From: Gemmatimonadales bacterium
Lineage (GTDB): Bacteria; Gemmatimonadota; Gemmatimonadetes; Gemmatimonadales; GWC2-71-9
Assembly: GCA_035693225.1 (NCBI GenBank)
Contig: DASSGV010000025.1
Span: forward strand, 21,814 to 85,813
DNA length: 64,000 nt
Direction of reading: 5' to 3'
The notes under the pieces are model-generated. The model worked only from the letters and a program-made list of their open reading frames with translations, ran no database searches and was not told the DNA's origin. This document shows positions 26,423-35,125 of this stretch, piece after piece. Every line of letters begins with the position of its first letter. The first letter of the stretch is position 1. Position numbers and translations under genes: made by a program.

Positions 26423-26912
26423 GGATCCCCGCTTCCTGCTCGGCGTGGTAGGTCTGCACCAGGCGCTTGCGGGCCCGGGCCAGCGTCGTTCCCACGGCAC
26501 CGCGGGCCAATCCCGTTGTCGCGGCGATCGCGTCGTAGTCGAACCCTTCGGCCTGCAGCAGCAGCACCTCGCGGTCGCGTTCCGAGAGCCGGTCGAGCGC
26601 CGTCCGGACTCCGGCGGCGCGCTCCGTCCGGTCGAACGCATCCGCGGGCGTCTCGACGTATTCCGGGGTCTCCGTCTTGAGCAGCTGGAGCCGGCGTCCC
26701 TGGCGGGATGCCCGCCGGGCGTCTTCCCGCACCAGATTGAGCGCCACGGCGAAGAGCCACGGCCTTGGGTTCCGCGGCGGCGCCGCCAGCGCCCGCGCGA
26801 ACACTTCCGCCGCCAGGTCTTCGGCGCGGTCGGGGTCGCCGGTACGCCGGACGAGCATCCGGAGCACCGACGGGTGGTATTGGCGGAACAGCCCGGCGAT
26901 GAAATCGTTCAT
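26409..26912 (-). CDS. ECF (group 4) RNA polymerase sigma factor
   Basis: 167 aa with region 2 (DLAAEVFARAL, WLFAVALN) and region 4 (LSERDREVLLLQAEGFDYDAIA). Confidence 0.85.
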   Translation of the reverse strand: MNDFIAGLFRQYHPSVLRMLVRRTGDPDRAEDLAAEVFARALAAPPRNPRPWLFAVALNLVREDARRASRQGRRLQLLKTETPEYVETPADAFDRTERAAGVRTALDRLSERDREVLLLQAEGFDYDAIAATTGLARGAVGTTLARARKRLVQTYHAEQEAGIRATR

Positions 26913-26960
26913 GCAACGTGGGGGATGCCGGTGGCCCCTCCCGGTCGCACACCTGATCGG

Positions 26961-27398
26961 TCAATCGGTATCGGGGGGGCGCCGGCGGGCCTTGCGGAGG
27001 GTCCGATGCCGCTTGGCGACCAGTCGCCGCTCCTTGGAGGCCTTGGTGGGGCGGGTGGCCCGGCGGGGCTTCGGCACGGCCAGGGCCGCCGCGACGATCT
27101 CCTGGAAGCGGGAGACCGCCGCCTCGCGATTCTGGAGCTGGCTCCGACGGGAATCGGACACGATGCGAAGGGTGCCGGAAGAATCGACCCGGCGCCCGAG
27201 CTTGCGGAGCAGGCGCTCCCGTTCCTCGATCGTGAGCGCCTGCGACGCGGGGACGTCCCAGCGGAGCTCGACGCGGCTCGAGGATGTGTTGACATGCTGA
27301 CCGCCGGGCCCGCCGGCGTGAGTGGCCCGGAACTCAAGTTCCGAACGTGGCACCCGGACGCGGGCGGTCACGATGATGGCGTCGGTGGGGGAGTGCAT
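26961..27398 (-). CDS. arfB: Alternative ribosome-rescue factor ArfB (peptidyl-tRNA hydrolase)
   Basis: GGQ motif (GPGGQHVNT) and a basic C-terminal tail. 145 aa. Confidence 0.85.
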   Translation of the reverse strand: MHSPTDAIIVTARVRVPRSELEFRATHAGGPGGQHVNTSSSRVELRWDVPASQALTIEERERLLRKLGRRVDSSGTLRIVSDSRRSQLQNREAAVSRFQEIVAAALAVPKPRRATRPTKASKERRLVAKRHRTLRKARRRPPDTD

Positions 27399-27481
27399 CG
27401 ATGGATGCTAACCTTCGCATCCCGGTGCGGAAAGCGCCGCGCCGCTCCCCCCGCCAGTGGGCCGCGATTACGTTTCGTTCG

Positions 27482-28291
27482 ATGACCGATCTCGAACGTC
27501 TTCGCGCCCACCTGCAGGGACTTGGGCGGGTGGTGCTCGGATACTCCGGCGGCGTGGATTCCGCCCTGCTCGCCGTCGCCGGCGCCACCGCGCTGGGGCC
27601 GGAGCGGTTCCGCGCGGTGATCGGCCGGAGCGCCTCCTATCCCGCCGCGCATCACGATACCGCACTGGAGATCGCCCGTCGGCATTCGGTCCCGCTGCTC
27701 GAGGTCGATACCGACGAACTCAGTGATCCCCGCTACCTCGCCAACGCCCCGGATCGCTGCTACTTCTGCAAATCCGAGCTCTGGTCGGTGCTGGCGCGGG
27801 TGCGGGCCGAGCTCGGATTCGACCTCATCATCGACGGCACCAACGCCGATGACCTGGGGCAGCATCGTCCCGGGCTCCGCGCGGCCGATGAACGCGGGGT
27901 CCGCTCGCCGCTGGCGGAGTTGGGATGGACCAAGGCGATGGTGCGCTCGGCGGCACACGAGCTGGGGCTCCCGCAGTGGGATGCGCCGGCATCGCCCTGT
28001 CTGTCGAGCCGCATCAAGTACGGACTGGCCGTCACGCCGGAACGCCTGGCGCAGGTGGAGCGGGGAGAGGCGTACCTCCGCTCCCTCGGCGTCACCGGCG
28101 ACCTCCGGGTGCGCCACCTCGGTGCCGCGGCGCGGATCGAGGTGTCTCCTGCGCAGTTCTCGCTGATCGGCTCGTGCTGGGAGTCGGTCGAGCAGGTCTT
28201 CGTCGGGCTCGGGTTCACCTCCGTCGAGCTCGATCCGTCCGGGTATCGGCGCGGGAGCCTGCTGGCCCTTGACCAGGCCCACGGGGCGTGA
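27482..28291 (+). CDS. larE: PP-loop ATP pyrophosphatase, LarE-like (TIGR00268-type sulfur transferase)
   Basis: SGGVDSA PP-loop, CYFCK and PASPCLSSR motifs. Start uncertain (ATG 27482 or ATG 27401). Confidence 0.8.
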   Translation: MTDLERLRAHLQGLGRVVLGYSGGVDSALLAVAGATALGPERFRAVIGRSASYPAAHHDTALEIARRHSVPLLEVDTDELSDPRYLANAPDRCYFCKSELWSVLARVRAELGFDLIIDGTNADDLGQHRPGLRAADERGVRSPLAELGWTKAMVRSAAHELGLPQWDAPASPCLSSRIKYGLAVTPERLAQVERGEAYLRSLGVTGDLRVRHLGAAARIEVSPAQFSLIGSCWESVEQVFVGLGFTSVELDPSGYRRGSLLALDQAHGA

Positions 28292-28845
28292 TCCGCCTCT
28301 TTGCCGGTCTGCCGGTACCGTCCCCGGCGTTGGAGCACGTGACCGTGCTGCTGGGAGAGCTGCGGGAACGTTCCTGGCCGGTCCGGTGGGTCCCGGCCAC
28401 CGGAGTGCACCTGACGCTCAAGTTCTACGGCGAGGTCGCGGACGAACGGGTGGACGCGATCGCCGAGTCGATCGCCTTCGCCGCTGCGGGGACGCAACCG
28501 CTCGCGCTCCAGCTGGCGGGGCTGGGTGCGTTCCCGTCGTGGGAAAAGGCCCGCGTGGTCTGGCTCGGGGTCGACGCCCCTCCCGCGCTCGAATTGCTGC
28601 AGGATCGGGTCGAGCGGCACGCCGAGTCGCTGGGGTTCCCCGTCGAAGGCGCGACCTTCCGGCCCCACGTGACCCTCGGGCGAGTGCGGGAGGGGGAGCG
28701 GTTGTCCGGGGGGGCGATCAAGGCGCTTGCGGCGCGCGGGTTGACCGACACCTTCTCGGTCGGCGAGATCGTGCTCTATGAAAGCAAGCTCGATCGTCAT
28801 TCGCCGGGATACATTCCGCTGCGTACCTTCCCCCTGGGCGCCTGA
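28288..28845 (+). CDS. thpR: RNA 2',3'-cyclic phosphodiesterase (2H phosphoesterase, ThpR/LigT)
   Basis: Two HxT/Sx motifs (HLTLKF, HVTLGR). GTGA overlap with larE. Confidence 0.85.
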   Translation: MIRLFAGLPVPSPALEHVTVLLGELRERSWPVRWVPATGVHLTLKFYGEVADERVDAIAESIAFAAAGTQPLALQLAGLGAFPSWEKARVVWLGVDAPPALELLQDRVERHAESLGFPVEGATFRPHVTLGRVREGERLSGGAIKALAARGLTDTFSVGEIVLYESKLDRHSPGYIPLRTFPLGA

Positions 28846-29483
28846 TGGGCTGCCTCAAGGGCGTGTTCCGCCTGTTGCTGATGTTCGTGCTGGCGGCTGT
28901 GGTCGCGGCGGGATGGCATTGGCGCCACGAATTCCGGATGATGTGGGAGTTCTGGCGGGGCGGACAGGCGGAGAGCGTTCCCGCGTCGGGGTTCGCGTCG
29001 CCGGTGGCGCTGGCCGCAGCACAGGACAAGGTGGACAGTCTCAATGGCTGGCGGGCCGATTCGGTCCGGCTCACTGCGGCGGAGCTGGCGGCGCTCCTGG
29101 CCCACGGATTTGGTCCCGTGCTGCGGTCCCACCTGGATTCCGTCGCCGTGACGCTCGGTGCCGGCCGGGTGCAGGTGACCGGGCGGCTCGACACCAAGGT
29201 GATCCCCAAGGTGGCGCTCGGGCCCCTCGCCGGACTGATCCGGCCGAAGGAATGGATCCGGGTGGGTGGTGACGTGCGGGTGCTCGGTCCTCGGAACGCC
29301 GAATGGCAGGTCGATGCACTCCGCATCCGCGGCGTACGGATCCCCGGGCCGATGGTCGAGCGGTTGGTCCAGTCCAGCCTCGGCGGCTCGGCCGATGGCG
29401 CCGTTCCGATCACGTTGCCGGCCGGGGTACGGGCGCTCCGGATCACGCCGAGTGCCGTGACCATCTATGGAGGTGCGCCGTGA
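28845..29483 (+). CDS. Hypothetical membrane-anchored protein (pattern faintly reminiscent of DUF2993/LmeA-like proteins)
   Basis: N-terminal TM. Segments TAAELAALLA, GRVQVTGRLD and LRIRGVRIPGPMVERL. TGATG overlap upstream and GTGA overlap downstream. Confidence 0.5.
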   Translation: MGCLKGVFRLLLMFVLAAVVAAGWHWRHEFRMMWEFWRGGQAESVPASGFASPVALAAAQDKVDSLNGWRADSVRLTAAELAALLAHGFGPVLRSHLDSVAVTLGAGRVQVTGRLDTKVIPKVALGPLAGLIRPKEWIRVGGDVRVLGPRNAEWQVDALRIRGVRIPGPMVERLVQSSLGGSADGAVPITLPAGVRALRITPSAVTIYGGAP

Positions 29484-30862
29484 GCGGCGAGCGCATCCTG
29501 GTCGTCGATGACGAGCCGGGCATCCGCGAGGCACTGAAACAGGTGCTGGAGTATGAGGGCTTCGTGGTCCGGACGGCGGCCACCGGTGGTGAAGCGATCA
29601 CCGTTTATCCCGAGTTCCGGCCCCGGCTCGTGTTCCTCGACGTCAAGATGGCCGGCCTCGACGGCCTCGATACGCTCTCCCGCCTGGCGGGGCTCGAGCC
29701 GCCGGCGCCGGTGGTGATGATCTCCGGCCACGGCACCATCGCGACCGCCATCGAGGCCACCCGGCGGGGTGCGTTCGACTTCCTGGAGAAGCCGCTCGAC
29801 AGCGACCGCCTGCTGGTGACGGTCCGGAACGCGCTCGCCACCGCGACGCTGCGCCGCGAGCACGCCGAATTGAAGGGTGCGGCGGACGCGCGTCACGCGA
29901 TGGTCGGGTCGAGCGCCGCCTTGGCGCAGGTGCGGGAGCTGATGGCAAAGGTGGCGCCCACGCCGGCCCGGGTGCTCATCACGGGCGAGAACGGGAGCGG
30001 CAAGGAGCTCGTGGCCCGGGGGATCCACCAGGCCTCGCCACGCGCGTCGGGACCGTTCGTCGAGGTCAACTGTGCGGCGATCCCGTCGGAGCTGATCGAA
30101 AGCGAGCTCTTCGGGCACATCAAAGGATCATTCACCGGCGCCGTGGCCGATCGCGCCGGGAAATTCGAGCAGGCCGACGGCGGGACCATCTTCCTCGACG
30201 AGGTCGGGGACATGGCGCTGTCAGCACAAGCGAAGGTGCTGCGGGCGCTGCAGGAGGGGATCATCACCCGGGTCGGCGGGGCCAAGCCGGTGGCGGTGGA
30301 TGTCCGCGTGCTCGCCGCGACCAACAAGCGGCTGGACGAGGAGATCGCGGCCGGCCGCTTCCGGGAAGACCTGTACTACCGGCTCAACGTGCTGCCGATC
30401 CACGTGCCGCCGCTCCGGGAGCGTCGCGAGGATATCCCGGCGCTCGTGCGCCACTTCGTGGAGATTCTCTCCCGGGAGAGTGGCACGCCGGTCAGGGCCT
30501 TTGATGCCGCCGCACTCCAGGCACTGGGGCGGCGGGAGTGGCCCGGGAACATCCGGGAACTTCGCAATGCGGTCGAGCGTCTCCTCATCCTGGCGGACGG
30601 CAAGGCCGTGACCGGTGCCGACGTCGAGCGGGTCTTGGGCCTCGGTGGGGTCGGGGGGGCGTCGTCGGATGGCGATGACGACGGCGGCGAGGCCGGCGAT
30701 GGCAGCTTCGAGCAGTTCAAGCTCGATGCCGAGCGGTCCTTCCTGGCGCAGAAGCTCCTGGAGCACGAGTGGAACGTGTCGGAGACCGCCCGGGCGCTCA
30801 AAATGCCCCGCTCCAATCTGTACAAGAAGATCGAACGCTACGGCCTCAGCCGGGACGGATGA
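29480..30862 (+). CDS. Sigma-54-dependent response regulator (NtrC family: REC-AAA+-Fis HTH)
   Basis: REC domain with DD, D (VFLDVKM) and K intact. Walker A GENGSGKE, GSFTGA loop and C-terminal HTH. GTG 29480; the track ORF starts too far upstream. Confidence 0.9.
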   Translation: MSGERILVVDDEPGIREALKQVLEYEGFVVRTAATGGEAITVYPEFRPRLVFLDVKMAGLDGLDTLSRLAGLEPPAPVVMISGHGTIATAIEATRRGAFDFLEKPLDSDRLLVTVRNALATATLRREHAELKGAADARHAMVGSSAALAQVRELMAKVAPTPARVLITGENGSGKELVARGIHQASPRASGPFVEVNCAAIPSELIESELFGHIKGSFTGAVADRAGKFEQADGGTIFLDEVGDMALSAQAKVLRALQEGIITRVGGAKPVAVDVRVLAATNKRLDEEIAAGRFREDLYYRLNVLPIHVPPLRERREDIPALVRHFVEILSRESGTPVRAFDAAALQALGRREWPGNIRELRNAVERLLILADGKAVTGADVERVLGLGGVGGASSDGDDDGGEAGDGSFEQFKLDAERSFLAQKLLEHEWNVSETARALKMPRSNLYKKIERYGLSRDG

Positions 30863-31323
30863 TGGCAGACCAACCGCGTGATTGGGACAAGGAACTCGCG
30901 GCGATCGACCGTGAGATCGCCAAGCTGCCCGACCCCAGGCCGGGGCAGCCACCCACCGGGAGGACGGCGGGCGCACCTGCGGCGGTAGCGGCGCCAGCGG
31001 CTGCTCCGGTCCCGGCGTCGAAGGGGGCGCGCGCCTTCCTCGGCGCCTGGGTCCGGGTGCTCTTCGGCGCCGCGATCGCGCTGGGCGTCGTGTCGTGGCC
31101 CTACGCGCATCTCTGCGGATGGTCGCTCTACGGCTATCTGGGGGCGGTGCTGGTGGTGATCGTCGCCGGGGTCTGGAACATCCTGGCCACCTGGAAGCGG
31201 CGGATGGGTGCGGCGCACGGAGTCGCGCTCGCGGTGCTCATCACGGGACTGATCCTGGCCGCGCAGGTGATCCTGCCCCGGATCGGGTATGCCAGGCAGG
31301 CGCTGACCTGGATGTGTCCGTGA
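30859..31323 (+). CDS. Hypothetical membrane protein (3-4 TM)
   Basis: A/P-rich N-terminus followed by hydrophobic helices. ATGA overlap with the regulator stop. Confidence 0.5.
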   Translation: MMADQPRDWDKELAAIDREIAKLPDPRPGQPPTGRTAGAPAAVAAPAAAPVPASKGARAFLGAWVRVLFGAAIALGVVSWPYAHLCGWSLYGYLGAVLVVIVAGVWNILATWKRRMGAAHGVALAVLITGLILAAQVILPRIGYARQALTWMCP

Positions 31324-31835
31324 GCGGCGTGGCGGCGGTGGTGCCTCCCGTCCGGGCCGTGTTGCTGCGCGACCTGGCGGCGTTCCGACGCGAGATCGAG
31401 GCCTATCCCGACGATGACTCGGTCTGGGCCTCTCGGCCCGGCTTTCCCAACGCAGCCGGCACGCTGGCACTGCACGTGGCGGGCAACCTGCAGCATTTCA
31501 TCGGCGCCATCCTCGGCGGCAGCGGCTACGTACGCGACCGGGCCGCGGAGTTTGCCGATCGCAGCGTGCCGCGGGAAGAATTGGTGCGGCACCTGCGGGA
31601 CGCCGAGGCGGCGGTGCGCCTCGGGCTGGACGGACGGGCGCTGCCCGAGCAGTATCCGGGCGCGGCGGGGGGAGGCGGGATGACCGTCCGGACCGACGAA
31701 TGGTTGGTCCACCTCGCCGCACACCTGACGTATCACCTGGGTCAGGTCGACTATCATCGCCGCGCGGTGACCGGCAGTACCGTCGCCATCGGCGCCCTCG
31801 CGACCACCGAGCTCCCCTCCGCCCGGACGCCGTGA
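31320..31835 (+). CDS. DinB-family (four-helix-bundle metalloenzyme-like) protein
   Basis: LALHVAGNLQHF and HLTYHLGQVDYH histidine motifs. GTG 31320 overlaps the preceding stop. Confidence 0.75.
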   Translation: MSGVAAVVPPVRAVLLRDLAAFRREIEAYPDDDSVWASRPGFPNAAGTLALHVAGNLQHFIGAILGGSGYVRDRAAEFADRSVPREELVRHLRDAEAAVRLGLDGRALPEQYPGAAGGGGMTVRTDEWLVHLAAHLTYHLGQVDYHRRAVTGSTVAIGALATTELPSARTP

Positions 31836-31884
31836 GCCGGCCGTCGGCCCCCGATCACCCTCTCATTCTGCGGACCCTGCATCG

Positions 31885-33375
31885 ATGCCCACATTCAAGA
31901 ACTTCATCGGCGGCCGCTGGGTCGCGCCGTCGACCGGCAAGCACTTCGAGGTCCGGAATCCCGCCCAGATCCGCGACCTGATCGGGAAGTTCCCCGATTC
32001 GGGCCGACGTGACGTCGCCGAGGCGGTCAAGAGCGCGCGGCGCGGGTTCGAGATCTGGAAGCGGACCCCGGCCCCCGCGCGCGGCGACGTCCTGCGGCGC
32101 CTGGGCGACCTCCTGGTGGAGCACAAGGAGGAGCTCGCCGACGGAATGACCCGTGAGATGGGCAAGGTCCTGGCAGAGACCCGGGGCGATGTGCAGGAGG
32201 GGATCGACACCGCCTATTACGCGGCGAGCGAAGGGCGGCGGCTCTTCGGCCACACGGTCCCGTCGGAGCTGCGTGACAAGTGGGCGATGAGCTTCCGGCG
32301 TCCGATCGGCGTGTGCGGTCTGGTGACGCCGTTCAACTTCCCCATGGCGATCCCGACCTGGAAGATGTTCCCGGCGCTCCTGTGCGGGAACGCGGTGATC
32401 ATCAAGCCGAGCGAGGACGTGCCCCACACCGTGCACCGGCTGGTCGAGCTCGCGCTCGAAGCGGGGCTCCCGCCGGAGGTCATCCAGCTGGTGCACGGTC
32501 GCGGGGAGGTGGCGGGGAAGGCGCTGGTGGAGCATCCCGACGTCCCGGTGATCTCGTTCACGGGCTCGACCGCGACGGGGTCGTTCATCGGCGAGACCTG
32601 CGGCCGGATGCACAAGCGACTCTCGCTCGAGATGGGCGGCAAGAACGCGATGATCGTGATGGACGACGCCGATCTCGACCTGGCGCTCGACGGCGTCCTG
32701 TGGGGGGCGTTCGGCACCACTGGGCAGCGGTGCACCGCCACCAGCCGGCTCATCATCCATCGGAAGGTCCACGACCGGTTCGTGGCCCGCGTGGCCGACG
32801 CCGCGGCGAAGCTCCGTCTGGGCGACGGGCGCAAGGCCGGAACTGACGTGGGGCCGCTCATCCACGAGGCGGCGAGGGACAAGGTCGAGCGGTACGTCGA
32901 GATCGGTCGGGCCGAGGGGCTCGAGCTCGTCACGGGCGGCAAGCGGCCGACCGGGGCGGGGACCGCGGAGGGGTGGTTCTACCGGCCCACGATCTTCACC
33001 GGCGCCGGGGCCCGGAGCCGCCTGGCGCAGGAGGAGATCTTCGGCCCGGTGCTGACCGTGATCCCGGTCAGCTCCCTCGACGACGCGATCCGCGTCAACA
33101 ATTCGGTCGCGTACGGCCTTTCGAGCTCGCTCTACACCCGCAATGTGAATTCGGCCTTCCGGGCGATGCAGGATCTCGACAACGGGATCACCTACGTCAA
33201 CGCGCCGACGATCGGCGCCGAGGCGCACCTGCCGTTCGGCGGCGTCAAGCAGACCGGCAACGGGCATCGGGAGGGGGGCTGGGAGGTCTACGAGTTCTAC
33301 TCGGAGACCAAGGTGGGATACGTCGACTACTCCGGCACGCTGCAGCGGGCGCAGATCGACAACTACGGCGACTGA
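31885..33375 (+). CDS. NAD(P)-dependent aldehyde dehydrogenase family protein
   Basis: LEMGGKNA (catalytic Glu) and GQRCTATSR (catalytic Cys) motifs. 496 aa. Confidence 0.9.
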   Translation: MPTFKNFIGGRWVAPSTGKHFEVRNPAQIRDLIGKFPDSGRRDVAEAVKSARRGFEIWKRTPAPARGDVLRRLGDLLVEHKEELADGMTREMGKVLAETRGDVQEGIDTAYYAASEGRRLFGHTVPSELRDKWAMSFRRPIGVCGLVTPFNFPMAIPTWKMFPALLCGNAVIIKPSEDVPHTVHRLVELALEAGLPPEVIQLVHGRGEVAGKALVEHPDVPVISFTGSTATGSFIGETCGRMHKRLSLEMGGKNAMIVMDDADLDLALDGVLWGAFGTTGQRCTATSRLIIHRKVHDRFVARVADAAAKLRLGDGRKAGTDVGPLIHEAARDKVERYVEIGRAEGLELVTGGKRPTGAGTAEGWFYRPTIFTGAGARSRLAQEEIFGPVLTVIPVSSLDDAIRVNNSVAYGLSSSLYTRNVNSAFRAMQDLDNGITYVNAPTIGAEAHLPFGGVKQTGNGHREGGWEVYEFYSETKVGYVDYSGTLQRAQIDNYGD

Positions 33376-33583
33376 CGGTACCCTCGGCCCGTTGCGCCGC
33401 CCCGACGCCTCGGCTAAGGTTCCGACGGTCGGACGCGGCGCCTGCCGTGCGGGGCGCGGGCGGGTGGGATCTTCCTGGTGGATAATGCGGCAAGACCGCT
33501 GGAACCTTTCGTTGCTCGCGCGCGCCGCCGCTCGTGGTGCCGGAGCCGCTGAACCGTCCTGTTCTGTCGAGACTCCCTGATCC

Positions 33584-34456
33584 ATGCGCCCGATGCAGGT
33601 CGGAACCGGCAAGCGTGGTCCCTCGCTCGCGGACGAGGGCTCGCTCGACCAGTATCTGCGCGAGATCAGCAAGTATCCGCTCATCTCGCAGGATGAAGAG
33701 GTCCGCCTGGCGCAGGGCATCCGGGTCGGCAACGCCGAGGCGCTCGACAAGCTGGTCCGCAGCAACCTCCGCTTCGTGGTGTCGGTCTCCAAGAAATACC
33801 AGAATCAGGGCGTCTCCCTTTCCGACCTGATCAACGAGGGCAATCTCGGGCTCATCCGTGCCGCCCACAAATTCGACGAGACGAAGGGGATCAAGTTCAT
33901 CTCCTACGCCGTCTGGTGGATCCGGCAGGCCATCCTCCAGGCGCTGGCGGAGCAGAGTCGCATCGTCCGGGTGCCGCTCAATCGCGCCGGGACGCTGCAT
34001 CGCATCGGGAAACGGTCGAGCGCGCTGCTGCAGGAGCTGGGACGCGAGCCGACGCCGTCGGAGATCGCCGAAGGGATGGACATCTCGATGGAGGAGGTCC
34101 AGAAGACCCTCTCCATCTCGCAGAACCACCTGTCCCTCGACGCCCCGATGACCCCGGGCGAGGACAACCGGCTCCTCGATTACCTCCCGGACACCCAGAA
34201 CCCCGGCCCCGACGCCGAGACGTTCGAGCACGCGCTCACCGAATCGATCGAGGAGGTACTGGGCACGCTCAAGGACCGGGAGGCCAAGATCCTCCGCCTC
34301 TATTTCGGGCTCGACGGGCCCGAGCCGATGACGCTGGAGGAGATCGGCAGCCTCCTCGGCATCACCCGGGAGCGGGTCCGCCAGATCAAGGAAAAGGCGT
34401 TGACCCGCCTGCGCCACGTGAGCCGGGCCAAGGCCCTGGAGAGCTTCCTCGCCTGA
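33584..34456 (+). CDS. Sigma-70 family RNA polymerase sigma factor (RpoD/RpoS-like, regions 1.2-4)
   Basis: LDQYLREI (region 1.2), NLRFVVSVSKKY...LINEGNLGLIRAAHKFD (region 2) and YAVWWIRQAI. 290 aa with no region 1.1. Confidence 0.9.
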   Translation: MRPMQVGTGKRGPSLADEGSLDQYLREISKYPLISQDEEVRLAQGIRVGNAEALDKLVRSNLRFVVSVSKKYQNQGVSLSDLINEGNLGLIRAAHKFDETKGIKFISYAVWWIRQAILQALAEQSRIVRVPLNRAGTLHRIGKRSSALLQELGREPTPSEIAEGMDISMEEVQKTLSISQNHLSLDAPMTPGEDNRLLDYLPDTQNPGPDAETFEHALTESIEEVLGTLKDREAKILRLYFGLDGPEPMTLEEIGSLLGITRERVRQIKEKALTRLRHVSRAKALESFLA

Positions 34457-34502
34457 CCCGCAGTGAGTGCCGCCCTCCGTTCACCGTCCACCGGGACCCC
34501 GC

Positions 34503-35006
34503 ATGGCCTCCAACCCTTCCTTCGATGTATCGACCGGCGCCGACCTGCAGGAGGTCGACAATGCGGTCAACCAGGCGCTCAAGGAGGTGTCCCAGCGGTA
34601 CGACTTCAAGGGCACCCAGTGCACCATCGAATTCGATCGGGTCAAGGCCGAGATCCGGCTCGGTGCCGATGACGCCTTCCACATGGGGTCGCTCGTCGAT
34701 GTCCTCACGACCAAGCTCACCAAGCGCGGCGTCCCGTTGCAGAACCTCGAAGTCGGGGAGGACATTCCCGGTGCCGGCGAGAGCGTGCGCCGGGTGGCGA
34801 CGCTCAAGCAGGCCATCGACAAGGAGAACGCCAAGGCCATCGTGAAGGCCATCAAGGATCAGGGGTTCAAGAAGGTGCAAGGCTCCATCCAGGGCGACGA
34901 GGTCCGCGTGTCGGGGCCGTCACGCGACGACCTGCAGGCGGTCATCGCCTTCCTCCGGACGCAGGAGTTCGGGGTCGAACTGAAGTTCGGGAATTTCCGC
35001 AGCTGA
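34503..35006 (+). CDS. yajQ: YajQ-family nucleotide (c-di-GMP)-binding protein
   Basis: PSFDVST..DLQEVDNAVNQALKEVSQRYDFKG start. 167 aa from ATG 34503. Confidence 0.85.
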   Translation: MASNPSFDVSTGADLQEVDNAVNQALKEVSQRYDFKGTQCTIEFDRVKAEIRLGADDAFHMGSLVDVLTTKLTKRGVPLQNLEVGEDIPGAGESVRRVATLKQAIDKENAKAIVKAIKDQGFKKVQGSIQGDEVRVSGPSRDDLQAVIAFLRTQEFGVELKFGNFRS

Positions 35007-35125
35007 ACCGCGCGCGGAGGGCCGGCATCCTGGCGGCCGCCCTCGCCGCTGCCTGCGCATCGCCGGGGTCCGCGCCGATCCTGACCCCCGGCCCGGGCGC
35101 CGGCGTCGGCGAACCGACGCTCCTC

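Noticed and set aside
25539-27485. 648-aa plus-strand ORF spanning the anti-sigma, ECF sigma and arfB loci.
   Set aside because: It is antisense to three motif-supported genes and has an R/A/S/P-rich composition with no domain signatures.
33500-33516. Sigma-54-like motif TGGAACCTTTCGTTGCT upstream of the sigma-70 gene.
   Set aside because: The GG-to-GC spacing is 11 nt rather than the strictly required 10. This is probably a chance match.
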